A DNA stretch of 64,000 bases from Elusimicrobiota bacterium (GCA_044221725.1 JBGAON010000001.1:335480-399479), one strand, 5' to 3'. Positions 1-9,967 are shown, counted from the stretch's first letter. Program-made: numbers and translations. Notes: a model not told the origin generated them from the letters alone.

Positions 1-1
1 C

Positions 2-979
2 GATATTGAACACGATACGCTTTTTCAAGAGTTGGTAAACGCTCGCGCCGAGGGCAAACGTATCATTAAATTTAAACGCTTCGCCCGCACCGGTCTTGCC
101 GGGCAGTTCTATGACAGCCAAGACGTCGACGTTGCCGGAGGCGGTGGCCTTTCTCCTGAGGCATTGCTCGAGCAGAAAAAGCATTTGCTCACAATCATCG
201 AAAAAATCGGGCAAGAGAATTTTGAGAAGCACTTCTTGTACCGCGAAGGAAGTGAAACGGCAGAAGATATTGCTGGAATTTGCGGTCTGACGATGGACGA
301 GGCCAAACAAGTTCAGGAGTTCGTAGTCGATATGTCCGTTCAAGCCGAGTTTTATCATCCCTCGCATCTTCAGCCGTCGGAGCTCGCTCGCCCCACATTA
401 ATAGGACGAATCGTTCAAAACGAGGACCATACATTCTCGATCGCTTTTTTCTCTCCGCATCTGGCGCGTGGTATGTACGAGATCGATCGGGACGCTCTGC
501 GGCGTTGGCAAAGATCAAAAAAATTGGACAGGGCCGCAGCGGCGCGTTTGCGAAAGTACGTGGGAATTTTGGAGCTTTCGAACATGAAGCAAGGGGCGTT
601 TTGGCGCGTGATTGATTATCTGCTCAAGGCACAGAAAGAATATTTTGAGACCCAGGATCCCACGAAAATGAGCCCGGTATCGCTCCGAAAGGTCGCGGCC
701 CATCTGCAGTTTGCGCCAAGCACGATCAGTCGCGTGCTGGCTTCAAAGAGCGTGTTGCTGCCGTGGGACCGAGAAGTGGCTTTATTGAATCTGATGCCAG
801 GGCAGCGCCGAATAATTCTCGAAGTGATGAGCCGCATCGCCGGCGAAGGCAGCCCCCATGTAACCGATATGGCGTTGGCTCGCAAGATTGAAGAACGATT
901 TAAACTGAAGATTTCTCGCCGTACCGTGACAGCCTGCCGGCACGTCCTTGAAAAACAACGCCGCGCCGAAGCCGCCTAA
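2..979 (+). CDS. rpoN: RNA polymerase sigma-54 factor, 5'-truncated at window edge
   Basis: Frame is open from base 2, with no stop upstream of the TTG at 32. C-terminal sigma-54 DNA-binding HTH (LSPVSLRKVAAHLQFAPSTISRVLASKSVLLPWDREVALLNL) and RpoN-box-like ISRRTVTACRHVL. Core-binding region lies upstream. Confidence 0.8.
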   Translation, partial: DIEHDTLFQELVNARAEGKRIIKFKRFARTGLAGQFYDSQDVDVAGGGGLSPEALLEQKKHLLTIIEKIGQENFEKHFLYREGSETAEDIAGICGLTMDEAKQVQEFVVDMSVQAEFYHPSHLQPSELARPTLIGRIVQNEDHTFSIAFFSPHLARGMYEIDRDALRRWQRSKKLDRAAAARLRKYVGILELSNMKQGAFWRVIDYLLKAQKEYFETQDPTKMSPVSLRKVAAHLQFAPSTISRVLASKSVLLPWDREVALLNLMPGQRRIILEVMSRIAGEGSPHVTDMALARKIEERFKLKISRRTVTACRHVLEKQRRAEAA

Positions 980-1018
980 TTACCAACCCACTTCATTGCC
1001 CGTGCTATAATCCCCGTC

Positions 1019-1543
1019 GTGTTTCGCACTGTCTTGTTGTCTTTCAATCGATGTTGTTTGATGCTCGTGCTCACCGGAGTTTTGCCGTTGTGTGCAGAAG
1101 AGGCTTTTAGCACCCCTGTCGATTCCAATCCGATAACGGAGCCATCCCACGCAGCGGTCCCCGCTGATGGGAAGGTGGCGTTTAAGGATCATCCGAAGGT
1201 CTTGGAAATTGAGAGTCTCTGGGATGCCGGAAACAAATCACGAGCAAACCGGGTTCTTAACTCTTGGATGAAACAAGAGAAGCATTCACCGTATCCGTGG
1301 GTTGAGTCCGCGGCGCTGCGGTTTCGCGAAAAGAAATATAAGAATGCGTTAGCGCTTTCGAAAGAGGCGTTGGAAAAATCGCCGCAATGCGCCGAAGCCT
1401 ATTACTGGCGAGGCCGCAGCTACGAAGCGATGAACAAACCGCTCGATGCTGCCAACGAATACCGCGCGGCGTTGCTAGCGAAAGCGAAATACGAAGAAGC
1501 CCAAGAAGGTTTGGACCGCGTGTCCGCTGTTTTGGGATCGTAA
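1019..1543 (+). CDS. secreted TPR-repeat protein
   Basis: N-terminal signal-like hydrophobic segment. TPR-like helices (AEAYYWRGRSYEAMNKPLDAANEYRAAL). No catalytic motif. Confidence 0.5.
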   Translation: MFRTVLLSFNRCCLMLVLTGVLPLCAEEAFSTPVDSNPITEPSHAAVPADGKVAFKDHPKVLEIESLWDAGNKSRANRVLNSWMKQEKHSPYPWVESAALRFREKKYKNALALSKEALEKSPQCAEAYYWRGRSYEAMNKPLDAANEYRAALLAKAKYEEAQEGLDRVSAVLGS

Positions 1544-1557
1544 CAACAAAATTTTAT

Positions 1558-1640
1558 GCGCAGGTGGTGGAACGGCAGACACGCCAGCCTCAGGAGCTGG
1601 TGGGCGAAAGCCCTTGCAGGTTCAAATCCTGTCCTGCGCA
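1558..1640 (+). tRNA. tRNA-Leu(CAG), class II with long variable arm
   Basis: Acceptor GCGCAGG/CCTGCGC, U8, 3-bp D stem, anticodon stem CCAGC/GCTGG with loop CTCAGGA (U33, anticodon CAG, G37). Variable arm hairpin GGGC-GAAA-GCCC, T arm GCAGG-TTCAAAT-CCTGT. No encoded CCA. Not in the ORF track. Confidence 0.85.
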
Positions 1641-1656
1641 AAATTTCGATTGCTAG

Positions 1657-2148
1657 ATGAAGAGAGACGAAGACAAAAAAGATTCCCGCAAAGTTGTTGC
1701 TTCCAACCGCCGGGCTTCCGCCAAATACGAGATCATTGAGACATTGGAAGCAGGAATGGTGTTGACGGGGCCCGAAGTGAAATCGCTGAGGGACGGAGGC
1801 GCGAGCCTTCAGGATGGATTCGCCCGCGTTGATGGGGAACAGGCCTTTCTGTGGAATGTTCACATTGCGCCCTACAACATGGGGTCGTTGCATGTAACTC
1901 AAGATCCGGTGCGGACGCGCAAGTTGTTGTTGCACCACAAAGAAATCCTGCGGTGGATGGGACGAACGATGGTCAAAGGTCTCACGATCGTGCCGCTAGA
2001 AATTTATTTCAACAAGCGTGGGAAAGCGAAAATTGTTCTCGCGCTCGCAAAAGGAAAGCGTGGGCCAGACCGTCGCGATGAAATCAAGCGCCGAACCGTT
2101 GACCGTGAGCTCCGCAAAGAATTCGCTGGTAAGCAGCGCATAAAATAA
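1657..2148 (+). CDS. smpB: SsrA-binding protein SmpB
   Basis: Full-length match to SmpB signature (KYEIIETLEAGMVLTGPEVKSLR, LLLHHKEI, GLTIVPLEIYF, C-terminal basic tail). Confidence 0.9.
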   Translation: MKRDEDKKDSRKVVASNRRASAKYEIIETLEAGMVLTGPEVKSLRDGGASLQDGFARVDGEQAFLWNVHIAPYNMGSLHVTQDPVRTRKLLLHHKEILRWMGRTMVKGLTIVPLEIYFNKRGKAKIVLALAKGKRGPDRRDEIKRRTVDRELRKEFAGKQRIK

Positions 2149-2208
2149 TTTTGTACATCGTCCATGGTCCATATCTATAGGCCATAGACTGTGCGCCGTA
2201 AGCGTATT

Positions 2209-2295
2209 GGAGAGGTGCCTGAGTGGTTGAAAGGGCTCGCCTCGAAAGCGTGTAGGGTCGTAAGACTCTCGTGGGTTCGAATCCCACCCTCTCCG
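2209..2295 (+). tRNA. tRNA-Ser(CGA)
   Basis: Acceptor GGAGAGG/CCTCTCC plus discriminator G, long D loop, anticodon loop CTCGAAA (anticodon CGA), long variable arm, T loop GGTTCGAATCC. 87 nt. Confidence 0.85.
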
Positions 2296-2362
2296 GGTCA
2301 GTCAAATGGTCTATGGTCCAGGACCTATCGTTTATGGACTCAACGACCCCGCGACTCTTACA

Positions 2363-3493
2363 ATGAAAAAAAATATCGCAGCGATCATATTGGTATTCGC
2401 GACATTTGCCGTTGCCCGCATTTCATCCGCTGAGACAGAGATCAACACGCTTCAGCTGCGGGTGGACCCCGCCTATTTCTCCCCCGACGGTGACGGACTC
2501 CAAGACCAAACGTTTTTTTATCCGGTATTGAAATCGCAAGCCGAAGGTTCGCGTTGGACACTTGATATATCGGAAGCAAAACGTCATCGGCGCATAGTGA
2601 GGCTGAGCGGCGCTCGATGCCCGGCGCTGATTAAGTGGAGTGGCAACGATAAAAAAGATCAGATCGTCCCCGATGGTGCCTACGTTGCCAAGTTGACGGT
2701 GAGCGGAAAAAGATCCGAAGTTGTCGCCGAACAGACAGTGGTTGTGGACCGAAAACCACCCCAAGTAACGCTTTCCCTTTCAACCGCCGTTTTTGACAAG
2801 AGTTTTTTAGCCAACGGAGCGATCGCAATGACGCCTCGCGTATTCGACGATTCGCCGGTGGAGCGGTGGATCGTTCAGGTGCTGGATCAAACCGGGCGAA
2901 CCGTAACCGTAATGTCGTCGAGCGGGCCGGTGCATGACGTTGCGTGGGATGGCACGGATCGCAACACGAGCGTGCTGGTTCCACAGGGACGCTATCGCGT
3001 GGCGTTTCAGGCGTGGGACAAGGCCGGTAATCAAAGTGCTCCGTACTTCGCCAATTTAACTGTTAATGTCAGCGCCCGCGAAATGCTCGAACACTCGCTG
3101 CACGAGATCCAAGTAAACGAGACGCCGATGGGACTGATTGTTCAGCTCGATTCAAAAAATTTGTTCGTTGCACGGAAAAATAAAATTGAGTTATCGGATC
3201 CTGGGAAGGATACGCTGCGCGAGGTGGCAATCTTGTTGAACGCTTATCCCGCGGCGACCGTGAAATTGGACGGATATTCGCATCAGAAGAAAACCGCTTC
3301 GCTTGACCAACAGCAAGCGAGCCTGTTTGCCTGGCGAATTTACAGTTACTTGAGCAAAGCCGGCAACGTAAAAGCGTCGCGTGTTACCGTTCGCGGCCGC
3401 GGTCGTTCGGCGATGTTCGATCGCCGATCGGTTTCGGTGCCGCTCACAAAAAATGGTGTCGAAGTGATTTTGGAAGGAAGCGGGCCGTGGTGA
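2363..3493 (+). CDS. OmpA-family peptidoglycan-associated protein with two FlgD-like Ig domains
   Basis: Start moved to ATG 2363 (MKKNIAAIILVFATFAVARISSA signal peptide); the 2306 start would abut the tRNA. Two FSPDGDG.../WDG...VPDGAY beta-sandwich repeats. C-terminal OmpA-like domain (ATVKLDGYSH...RVTVRGRG). Confidence 0.65.
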   Translation: MKKNIAAIILVFATFAVARISSAETEINTLQLRVDPAYFSPDGDGLQDQTFFYPVLKSQAEGSRWTLDISEAKRHRRIVRLSGARCPALIKWSGNDKKDQIVPDGAYVAKLTVSGKRSEVVAEQTVVVDRKPPQVTLSLSTAVFDKSFLANGAIAMTPRVFDDSPVERWIVQVLDQTGRTVTVMSSSGPVHDVAWDGTDRNTSVLVPQGRYRVAFQAWDKAGNQSAPYFANLTVNVSAREMLEHSLHEIQVNETPMGLIVQLDSKNLFVARKNKIELSDPGKDTLREVAILLNAYPAATVKLDGYSHQKKTASLDQQQASLFAWRIYSYLSKAGNVKASRVTVRGRGRSAMFDRRSVSVPLTKNGVEVILEGSGPW

Positions 3494-3539
3494 TTGTGCC
3501 GCTCTCCCGGCGTTCCGAAAAATCTTCTACCATTCCTTT

Positions 3540-4259
3540 ATGAAAATTATTACAGGAATGCATCGCTCGGGCACCTCCATGGTGGCCCGTTTGTTCCATG
3601 CGGTGGGTGCAAACCTTGGAAATGAGAAAACTTTTTACCGCCCTGATAAATGGAATCCGGATGGGTATTTTGAGCAGCCCGATATTCACGCTGTTAATTT
3701 TCCGCTAATCAACGGGCCATTCTGGAAATTCTCTTATCTTTTTCTGCCATCCGAAAAGACGATTTTAAGGCGAGCGCGGTCGATGTCGGACCGCATTCTC
3801 CAAACAGCAGAGAAGTATAAGAACGCGGTCATTAAAGAAACACGTTTTTGTTTAACGCTGCCGGCATGGAAAGAGGCGTCCGCTACCCCCGAAAAAATAC
3901 TGGTATGTCTGCGCGAGCCGATTCAAGTGGCTTCATCATTGAAAAAACGGAATTGGATTAGTCTTCGCATGGGACTCGATTTATGGAAAGTCCACAATGT
4001 TCGACTTTTAAAATATATCGAAAACATTCCACATCGATTTGTGAGTTATCACAACGTGCTCGATCCGGCGATGTTTTCTCGCGAAGTGAAGCCCGCATTG
4101 GCGTTTTTTGGAAATCCAATTTCCGATGACAAATTCGAAGCTTTAAGAAACGAACACGTTAAGCCCGGCATGAACAACAATTCTTTTGTTTCAGAACGAT
4201 ATCCAGCGGACATTCAGGCGTTATGGGACCATCTGCAGAAATTGCACAGCAAACAGTAA
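3540..4259 (+). CDS. sulfotransferase-family protein
   Basis: N-terminal PAPS-binding P-loop-like GMHRSGTSM, typical of bacterial sulfotransferases. Size about 240 aa. Confidence 0.5.
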   Translation: MKIITGMHRSGTSMVARLFHAVGANLGNEKTFYRPDKWNPDGYFEQPDIHAVNFPLINGPFWKFSYLFLPSEKTILRRARSMSDRILQTAEKYKNAVIKETRFCLTLPAWKEASATPEKILVCLREPIQVASSLKKRNWISLRMGLDLWKVHNVRLLKYIENIPHRFVSYHNVLDPAMFSREVKPALAFFGNPISDDKFEALRNEHVKPGMNNNSFVSERYPADIQALWDHLQKLHSKQ

Positions 4260-5242
4260 AAAGTTCGGACGCGACGAGGAGAAGTCCTCCTCCCGCCGTT
4301 GCGTCGGTGTGCGTGTTGATACCGGTGCTTAACGCGGAGGTATCGATCGGGCCTTTAATTGAGACGCTCGTTGCCCAATACGGCAAGGTGTATTCGCAAT
4401 TTGAAATTCTTTTGGTGAACGACGGCAGCACCGATGGCAGTCAGAAGATTATCGAGCAGAAAGTTCAGAAATTTCCTGGCCTGGTTAAAGGGGTCCGTCT
4501 CTCTAAAAACTTTGGCGAACATAATGCCGTGATGTGCGGGTTGAGTTTTGTGCGTGCCGACGCGGTTGTCATCATTGATGACGACTGGCAGAACCCGCCA
4601 TCCGAAATTAAATTGCTGGTGGATAAATTGTCCGAAGGTTACGATGTGGTTTACTGCACCTACGACCAGATTCGGCAGTCGTTATTCCGGCGCCTTGGAA
4701 GTGCGTTCGCCAATTTGGTCGCAACGCGGCTTCTGGGCAAGCCAAAGTCACTTTACTTGTCCAGTTTCAAGGCAATGAACTCTTTCCTGGTGCGTTCGGT
4801 TCTCACATACAAAGGTCCATTCCCTTATTTGGATGGAATCATTCTCAGTCAGACGCAATCCATTGGGCAACAGCGGGTGACACATCAACTGCGCTATGCC
4901 GGTCGATCGAATTATGATCTCTCACGATTGTTTCGCCTTTGGCTTAACATGTTTACTGGGTTTTCGATTCTTCCGTTGCGGGCGGCTTCGCTCCTCGGTT
5001 TCGCTGTGTCGGTGGGCGCGTTTTTCCTGTCCCTGTTTTTTATTTACACGCATTTTCATGGCCCGGTGCTTATCAATAATGCGATTCCACCGGGTTGGGC
5101 CTCTTTGATTGTGGCGGTCACATTTCTTGGTGGCATGCAGCTCTGTGTGTTGGGTTTGGTTGGTGAATATCTTGGACGTCTGTTCCTAACAATCAATCAA
5201 TTGCCTCAATATATTGTGAAAGAGACATTGGGTTTGAACTAA
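4223..5242 (+). CDS. GT2 polyprenyl-phosphate sugar synthase (GtrB/ArnC/DPM1-like) with C-terminal TM helices
   Basis: LIPVLNAE...LLVNDGSTDGS...IIDDDWQNPPSEI DxD region, followed by two C-terminal TM helices. True start may be an internal GTG because 4223 overlaps the upstream gene by 37 nt. Confidence 0.75.
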   Translation: MGPSAEIAQQTVKSSDATRRSPPPAVASVCVLIPVLNAEVSIGPLIETLVAQYGKVYSQFEILLVNDGSTDGSQKIIEQKVQKFPGLVKGVRLSKNFGEHNAVMCGLSFVRADAVVIIDDDWQNPPSEIKLLVDKLSEGYDVVYCTYDQIRQSLFRRLGSAFANLVATRLLGKPKSLYLSSFKAMNSFLVRSVLTYKGPFPYLDGIILSQTQSIGQQRVTHQLRYAGRSNYDLSRLFRLWLNMFTGFSILPLRAASLLGFAVSVGAFFLSLFFIYTHFHGPVLINNAIPPGWASLIVAVTFLGGMQLCVLGLVGEYLGRLFLTINQLPQYIVKETLGLN

Positions 5243-5243
5243 T

Positions 5244-6182
5244 TTGCTCGACCAACTTTCAACGTCGGTTCCTCCGGATTATTACGACCACAATGATTCC
5301 GTGCAGAATTGTTTTTTGTGTGGCGCCCCATCGTATCAGGTCTATCAGAAGTCTCACGATTTCGGACTGCCGTTGGTTTTTCAACAGTGTCGGTGCGGCC
5401 TTATAAAACAAACGCCGCTTCCCAACGAACGTTTTTTTAACTGGTTTTTCAACGCCCCGGTATTTTACAGTGCGGCCCACGCACGCAATGCGAGGATTTG
5501 GGGCTATCAGGATTACTTTGGCGACGAGCGTAGTCGCATGGCAACGGCTCGCCTTCGCTACAAAAAGTTGAGCGTCTATTTCCCGCGCCAATCGGGCCTT
5601 CGTATTTTGAAGATCGGCCCTGCCACCGGAACCTTTCTTAAAGTGGCCAATGATCATGGTCATCACGCGATTGGTTGCGATATTTCTTCAGAATTTGTTG
5701 CCTTTGCGCGCTCGCGTTACGATGTGCGAATTGATCACGGAAGATTTGAGAAGATGCGTTACGAGTCCGAGCAGTTCGATATTGTTGTGTTGTTCAATGT
5801 CATCGAGAATATTCCGAATCAGGACGAGATTTGGAGCGAAATACAGCGTGTTCTTAAACCCAATGGGATTTTTATGTTCAACTATGTTGATATGCAATCG
5901 AACATCATTGCGAAGCTGCAAGGCTCGCGTTATTTTCTATTCCGTCCGCCGGTTTGTTACGCGTTTTCAGCCTCTCTCATTGAGCGACTCCTCGGGCGGT
6001 TCGGTTTTGAGCCCATCGTGACAAAACGCGACACGCGATACATGACACTTGAAAAAATTCTCACGTTGCTTCGACTGAATTATCTCGCTCGGCTGTTTCA
6101 AAGAATAGGAATCGCGAAACTTCCATTCCCAATTTTTGCGTACCCTTCTCGCATTGTCGTCGCGCGAAAACACACAGCGTAA
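5244..6182 (+). CDS. class I SAM-dependent methyltransferase with N-terminal Cys-rich zinc-ribbon-like segment
   Basis: CFLCGAP...CRCG motif, then LKIGPATGTFL (motif I), VVLFNVIENIP, LKPNGIF. TTG start. Confidence 0.7.
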   Translation: MLDQLSTSVPPDYYDHNDSVQNCFLCGAPSYQVYQKSHDFGLPLVFQQCRCGLIKQTPLPNERFFNWFFNAPVFYSAAHARNARIWGYQDYFGDERSRMATARLRYKKLSVYFPRQSGLRILKIGPATGTFLKVANDHGHHAIGCDISSEFVAFARSRYDVRIDHGRFEKMRYESEQFDIVVLFNVIENIPNQDEIWSEIQRVLKPNGIFMFNYVDMQSNIIAKLQGSRYFLFRPPVCYAFSASLIERLLGRFGFEPIVTKRDTRYMTLEKILTLLRLNYLARLFQRIGIAKLPFPIFAYPSRIVVARKHTA

Positions 6183-8488
6183 TGGAAGAAAATCGTTTCT
6201 GGAACAATCGCAGCCTGTTTGCCATTTTGCTGATTGTTCACCCGTTTGTGACGTTGCTGATCCATCCGAACATTATTTACATCGGGTTGCAGCAGGATCC
6301 GGCCCAGGCTCTTGGCGCGATTCTAAACTTCGACTTTCTGCACAACGTGCTCATGAACGACCGGCGATTGGACCGTCTTCCCATGATTTTCTTGAGTTAT
6401 CCTTTCTACAAGGTCTTTCCGGCCATGGTGGCCCACCATCTTCTTTATTTCATTTCCTGCTTGGGTATTCTGACGTTGATGTTTTTCACCACGCGGCTCT
6501 TCGCCCCCGAGCCGAAGGCGATGCTCGCAACCCTTCTCTTCGCAACAAATTTCTGGATTTTGCCAACGTTTGGGGATGTCTATTTGAACCGGTACATGAT
6601 TCTTTTCTTCCTGGCGGGTTTTTATTTTGTCGTTAAAGCTGCTCGGGCGGAGAACCAAATAGCGCGGCCCATGATAAGCGGTTTCTTCGCCGCATGCGCC
6701 TTTTTTTCACACTTCGCGGCGTTGCCACTTCTTTTCGTCGGTCCGCTTTATTTTTTTGTTGAGAAGATCGCACAAAAGAAGTTTTCCATGCGGGAAACTC
6801 TTAATTTCGTTAATTATTTTGCGGACGGTTTCGTGGTTTGCTTCTTGTGTTTCGGGTTGTTCAACTATTTGTTTTTGAACGGGCGTTTCCTCTTCTTCAT
6901 TAATCAGTTTGCCATAAGCCAGGCTGATTACAGCGACCGTGCTTCGGGTTTTGCGGATGTGTTTCAACCGATTTCGAATTCTTTGTTGTTGATCACGTTT
7001 GTGGCGGCAATCGTAACGCTTCGTCAGCAGCGGGAGTCTTCTCGGCAAAGAATCGTCGCGTGGTGGTTTCTTTTTGCGGCGACGCTTTATTTGATGTTGT
7101 GTATCGCAAACGTCTGGTTGCTTCCAAAAAGTCCGATTTTTCCACGAATGTTGATTCGCGAGTTTTTCCGTTTGTGGCCAGTGCCTTTCGCGTTGCTAAC
7201 GCTTTATTGTTGTCTTATTCCTGAAGATTTCAGGTTAACGCCGGTCCGATTGCTGTCTCTTTATGCCGCGCTTATGATCTCGATTTCTCCCGCTTCTTCG
7301 GCGTTCGTTTCACTAACGAAATTGGCGCCGTTGCTGGCGAGAAATACACTAACAATCGCGTTGATTGGGTTTGTCATTGTTGGGTTCGATCGTTATCCCG
7401 GAAACCGAAAATGGATGGCTGGATGCGCATTTGGACTCGCGCTGCTTATGCGGTCTGTGTTGTTTGCCGCGTATCCGGTAAATGCCGCAAACGGGTACGC
7501 CGACCGTTCTTATTATTCCCGCCTGTACCGCGCAAATGCCCTGCTTCAAACTCCATCCGCCTCTCGAAATTTTTATTGGTTAAACAAGAAGCCGGAGGAC
7601 GTCACGCTGTGGGATGAATACAAGACCATTGGTATCTTCTGGCTCTGTGACTACAATCCGATGGTGTTGGGGGGAAATCCCTTCTTCGGGCCCGGCCCGG
7701 CAGGCGTGACCAATTATGTTGAAGAATCCATGAAAGAGAACAGTCGCATTATCCTCGTCGACGAAGATTTGGATGGCAACGCAATTGAACAGAAAAACCC
7801 CGCCTTATTTCCGTACGGTATGCGGCTCCGCGAAGAATCCCGCCAAAAGGTCAGCTCTGATGACAAGAAATACTATCTGATCCGATGCCGAGCGGATCCC
7901 TATTTGGATTTTGCTCATTGGGACAAATCGCTGTTAGCGGAGCACACCGGTCTTACGCACATTGCGAACGGAAATTTTAAAGAGGGCATGGCCGGCTGGG
8001 AGGGGGGCGATTCCAGCGCGTCGTGGCCCGGTAAGGCGCAGTACAAATTTGCGACCTCAAATTACACGTTGAGTCGCAATCCCGACGACCGGAGCTTGTT
8101 GATCGAAACATCGAATCATTTGATCAATATCAACACGCATGTAAAGAATCTGGAAGTGGGAAAGCTGTATTCTTTCTTGATCCGTTTCAAAATTGTTCGA
8201 ACCGATTTGCTAGGAAACAAGCCGCAATCTCTCAAGGCGGAGGATTCCAAAATCAGCGACCTTATTTATTTTTATGACAGCAAAGGCGCCATTCCGATGA
8301 TATCGCCGACGGGGAGTTCTGCCAAAGCCGAATGGCTCGAGGATGGTTTCGCATTTATCGCGCGGGAGGCCGAGTCCTCTTTGTGGATCTATTGTTCGTC
8401 GGATGGAACCTATAAGAATTCTTGTTTTATCGACGACGTCCAAGTAAAGCCGATTACCGCCAATTTGTCCGGTCCGTCCGAAAACTGA
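6182..8488 (+). CDS. polytopic membrane protein, candidate GT-C-fold (ArnT/PMT-like) glycosyltransferase with C-terminal CBM4_9-like domain
   Basis: About 13 predicted TM helices over the first ~540 aa, with an acidic first loop (NDRRLDRLP). C-terminal soluble ~230 aa beginning [14 protein letters not shown], resembling CBM4_9. Follows a GT2 Und-P-sugar synthase. Fold assignment is inference. Confidence 0.4.
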   Translation: MEENRFWNNRSLFAILLIVHPFVTLLIHPNIIYIGLQQDPAQALGAILNFDFLHNVLMNDRRLDRLPMIFLSYPFYKVFPAMVAHHLLYFISCLGILTLMFFTTRLFAPEPKAMLATLLFATNFWILPTFGDVYLNRYMILFFLAGFYFVVKAARAENQIARPMISGFFAACAFFSHFAALPLLFVGPLYFFVEKIAQKKFSMRETLNFVNYFADGFVVCFLCFGLFNYLFLNGRFLFFINQFAISQADYSDRASGFADVFQPISNSLLLITFVAAIVTLRQQRESSRQRIVAWWFLFAATLYLMLCIANVWLLPKSPIFPRMLIREFFRLWPVPFALLTLYCCLIPEDFRLTPVRLLSLYAALMISISPASSAFVSLTKLAPLLARNTLTIALIGFVIVGFDRYPGNRKWMAGCAFGLALLMRSVLFAAYPVNAANGYADRSYYSRLYRANALLQTPSASRNFYWLNKKPEDVTLWDEYKTIGIFWLCDYNPMVLGGNPFFGPGPAGVTNYVEESMKENSRIILVDEDLDGNAIEQKNPALFPYGMRLREESRQKVSSDDKKYYLIRCRADPYLDFAHWDKSLLAEHTGLTHIANGNFKEGMAGWEGGDSSASWPGKAQYKFATSNYTLSRNPDDRSLLIETSNHLININTHVKNLEVGKLYSFLIRFKIVRTDLLGNKPQSLKAEDSKISDLIYFYDSKGAIPMISPTGSSAKAEWLEDGFAFIAREAESSLWIYCSSDGTYKNSCFIDDVQVKPITANLSGPSEN

Positions 8489-8515
8489 TAGAAACAATAC
8501 GTGCATGCAGATTTT

Positions 8516-8602
8516 GGAGAGGTGCGTGAGTGGTTGAAACGGCACGCCTGGAAAGTGTGTAGGGTCGCGAGATCCTCGCGGGTTCGAATCCCGCCCTCTC
8601 CG
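8516..8602 (+). tRNA. tRNA-Ser(GGA)
   Basis: Acceptor GGAGAGG/CCTCTCC plus G, anticodon loop CTGGAAA (anticodon GGA), long variable arm GGTCGCGAGATCCTCGCG, T loop GGTTCGAATCC. 87 nt. Confidence 0.85.
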
Positions 8603-8604
8603 TC

Positions 8605-9612
8605 CTACACTGCTGTTGGTTCCCGGGACAGTTCCGTTTTGGCTTTTTTCAGGAATTCGTGTTGGATCAGTGATTGATCCGTGTCCGTTGCAGTTCGAAG
8701 TAACACGGTCGCTAGAATCGGCTCTCTCCCCGTCGTAAATCGCACGATCGCGCGTTTGTCTGGGTTGGGAACCGAAAAACGCCGGAATACCTCAGTGGCG
8801 GCATTCAATAGCCTTTGTTCGGCTTGCGCCAAATCTGTTTTTCCATCGAACTGAAATTCCACCGGAATTTGCAGCTCCCCTTTTTCGCGAAACGAGACAA
8901 TGTACGATTGGGTGATAAACGAATTTGGAATTAGCACGATCTGCCCAGACAGAGTTTTCATTCGGCTCGAACGCCAACCCATATCCATGATGTATCCCTT
9001 GTGTGTGCCGTATCCGATGCCGCGTTCCAGTTCGAGATAGTCACCGATTTCCACCTGCCGTGAGGCGAGCAGATAAAATCCCGCAAACAAATTGCTGAGC
9101 GTGTCTTGCAGCGCGAGCCCGACGGCCAAAGAACCGACGCCAAGCGCCGTAAGGAAGGGACCGATCGCAATCCCAAAATTGGACAACAGAAGAAGCGCAC
9201 CGAAAACGTAGACCACCACTTGGACGAGGTTTTGAGAAAGACTTGCTGCCGGGAGCGGAAAATTGAGCCGGCTCGCGATGCGCGGAATAACTTCTTTCGC
9301 AATGTGCGCGGCCACCGCGGTCAGAAGCAAAATGACGAGTGCCGCACTCAGTCGATCGGCCAAAATCTCGGCGCGCAGCGAAAGCGGAAAAACGCGCAGG
9401 GAGAAAGCGACACCAGCGACAACACTCCAAATCATCACATGGGTTTTTAAAATTTCGAGGATCGAAGTTAAAAGCGATCGTGCCCGCTGACGCTGCGCTA
9501 GCCGCGTCAGCATTGCCTGCAAAAGAAGCCCGATAACAATGCTTCCCACAATAATGCCGAGAGATACAAAGATCGGTTCCGGATGTTCGTGAAGCGCTCT
9601 GAGATAGTTCAT
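8605..9612 (-). CDS. mscS: small-conductance mechanosensitive channel (MscS family)
   Basis: Three N-terminal TM helices, then MscS core (IGPFLTALGVGSLAVGLALQDTLSNLFAGFYLL...VEIGDYLEL...GYIMDMGWRSSRMKTLSGQIVLIPNS). Confidence 0.85.
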   Translation of the reverse strand: MNYLRALHEHPEPIFVSLGIIVGSIVIGLLLQAMLTRLAQRQRARSLLTSILEILKTHVMIWSVVAGVAFSLRVFPLSLRAEILADRLSAALVILLLTAVAAHIAKEVIPRIASRLNFPLPAASLSQNLVQVVVYVFGALLLLSNFGIAIGPFLTALGVGSLAVGLALQDTLSNLFAGFYLLASRQVEIGDYLELERGIGYGTHKGYIMDMGWRSSRMKTLSGQIVLIPNSFITQSYIVSFREKGELQIPVEFQFDGKTDLAQAEQRLLNAATEVFRRFSVPNPDKRAIVRFTTGREPILATVLLRTATDTDQSLIQHEFLKKAKTELSREPTAV

Positions 9613-9752
9613 GCTGAAGATACGAATGGACGCTGAAGAAAGTTGTGCGCGTAAGAAGTTGCGTTAATAGATTATAATCACGGCCCTTCCCCAAGACTTT
9701 GGGGGCTGTCCCGCTTGATTTTTTATGTAAGGATGGGGCTGCCCGGAACAAC

Positions 9753-9825
9753 GGGGCTGTAGCTCAGCTGGGAGAGCGCATCGTTCGCAACGATGAGGTC
9801 GTCGGTTCGATCCCGATCAGCTCCA
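9753..9825 (+). tRNA. tRNA-Ala(CGC)
   Basis: GGGGCTGTAGCTCAGCTGGGAGAGCGC 5' half with the G3:U70 Ala identity pair. Anticodon loop TTCGCAA (anticodon CGC). 73 nt, no encoded CCA. Confidence 0.85.
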
Positions 9826-9931
9826 CTTTTATTTCTAAATCATAGGCATCCACGCCCCGTGGTTAAAGACCGCTATTTAATCTCCACTATCTATCGAGTT
9901 TAACGCTTCTGCTGGTGTCTCAGAATAAATG

Positions 9932-9967
9932 AAAAGCCCCGCGGGTTGAACATCCGCGAGGCTTTTC
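9932..9967. terminator. bidirectional rho-independent terminator
   Basis: AAAA-GCCCCGCGG-(9 nt loop)-CCGCGAGGC-TTTT, 8/9 bp stem flanked by A and T tracts. Lies between tRNA-Ala (+) and the 3' end of the minus-strand gene 10042..10365. Confidence 0.6.

Noticed and set aside
9672-9679. Palindromic GATTATAATC giving TATAAT on both strands between mscS (-) and tRNA-Ala (+)
   Set aside because: No acceptable -35 at 16-18 bp on either strand. The distance to tRNA-Ala (74 nt) is long. Kept as a note only.
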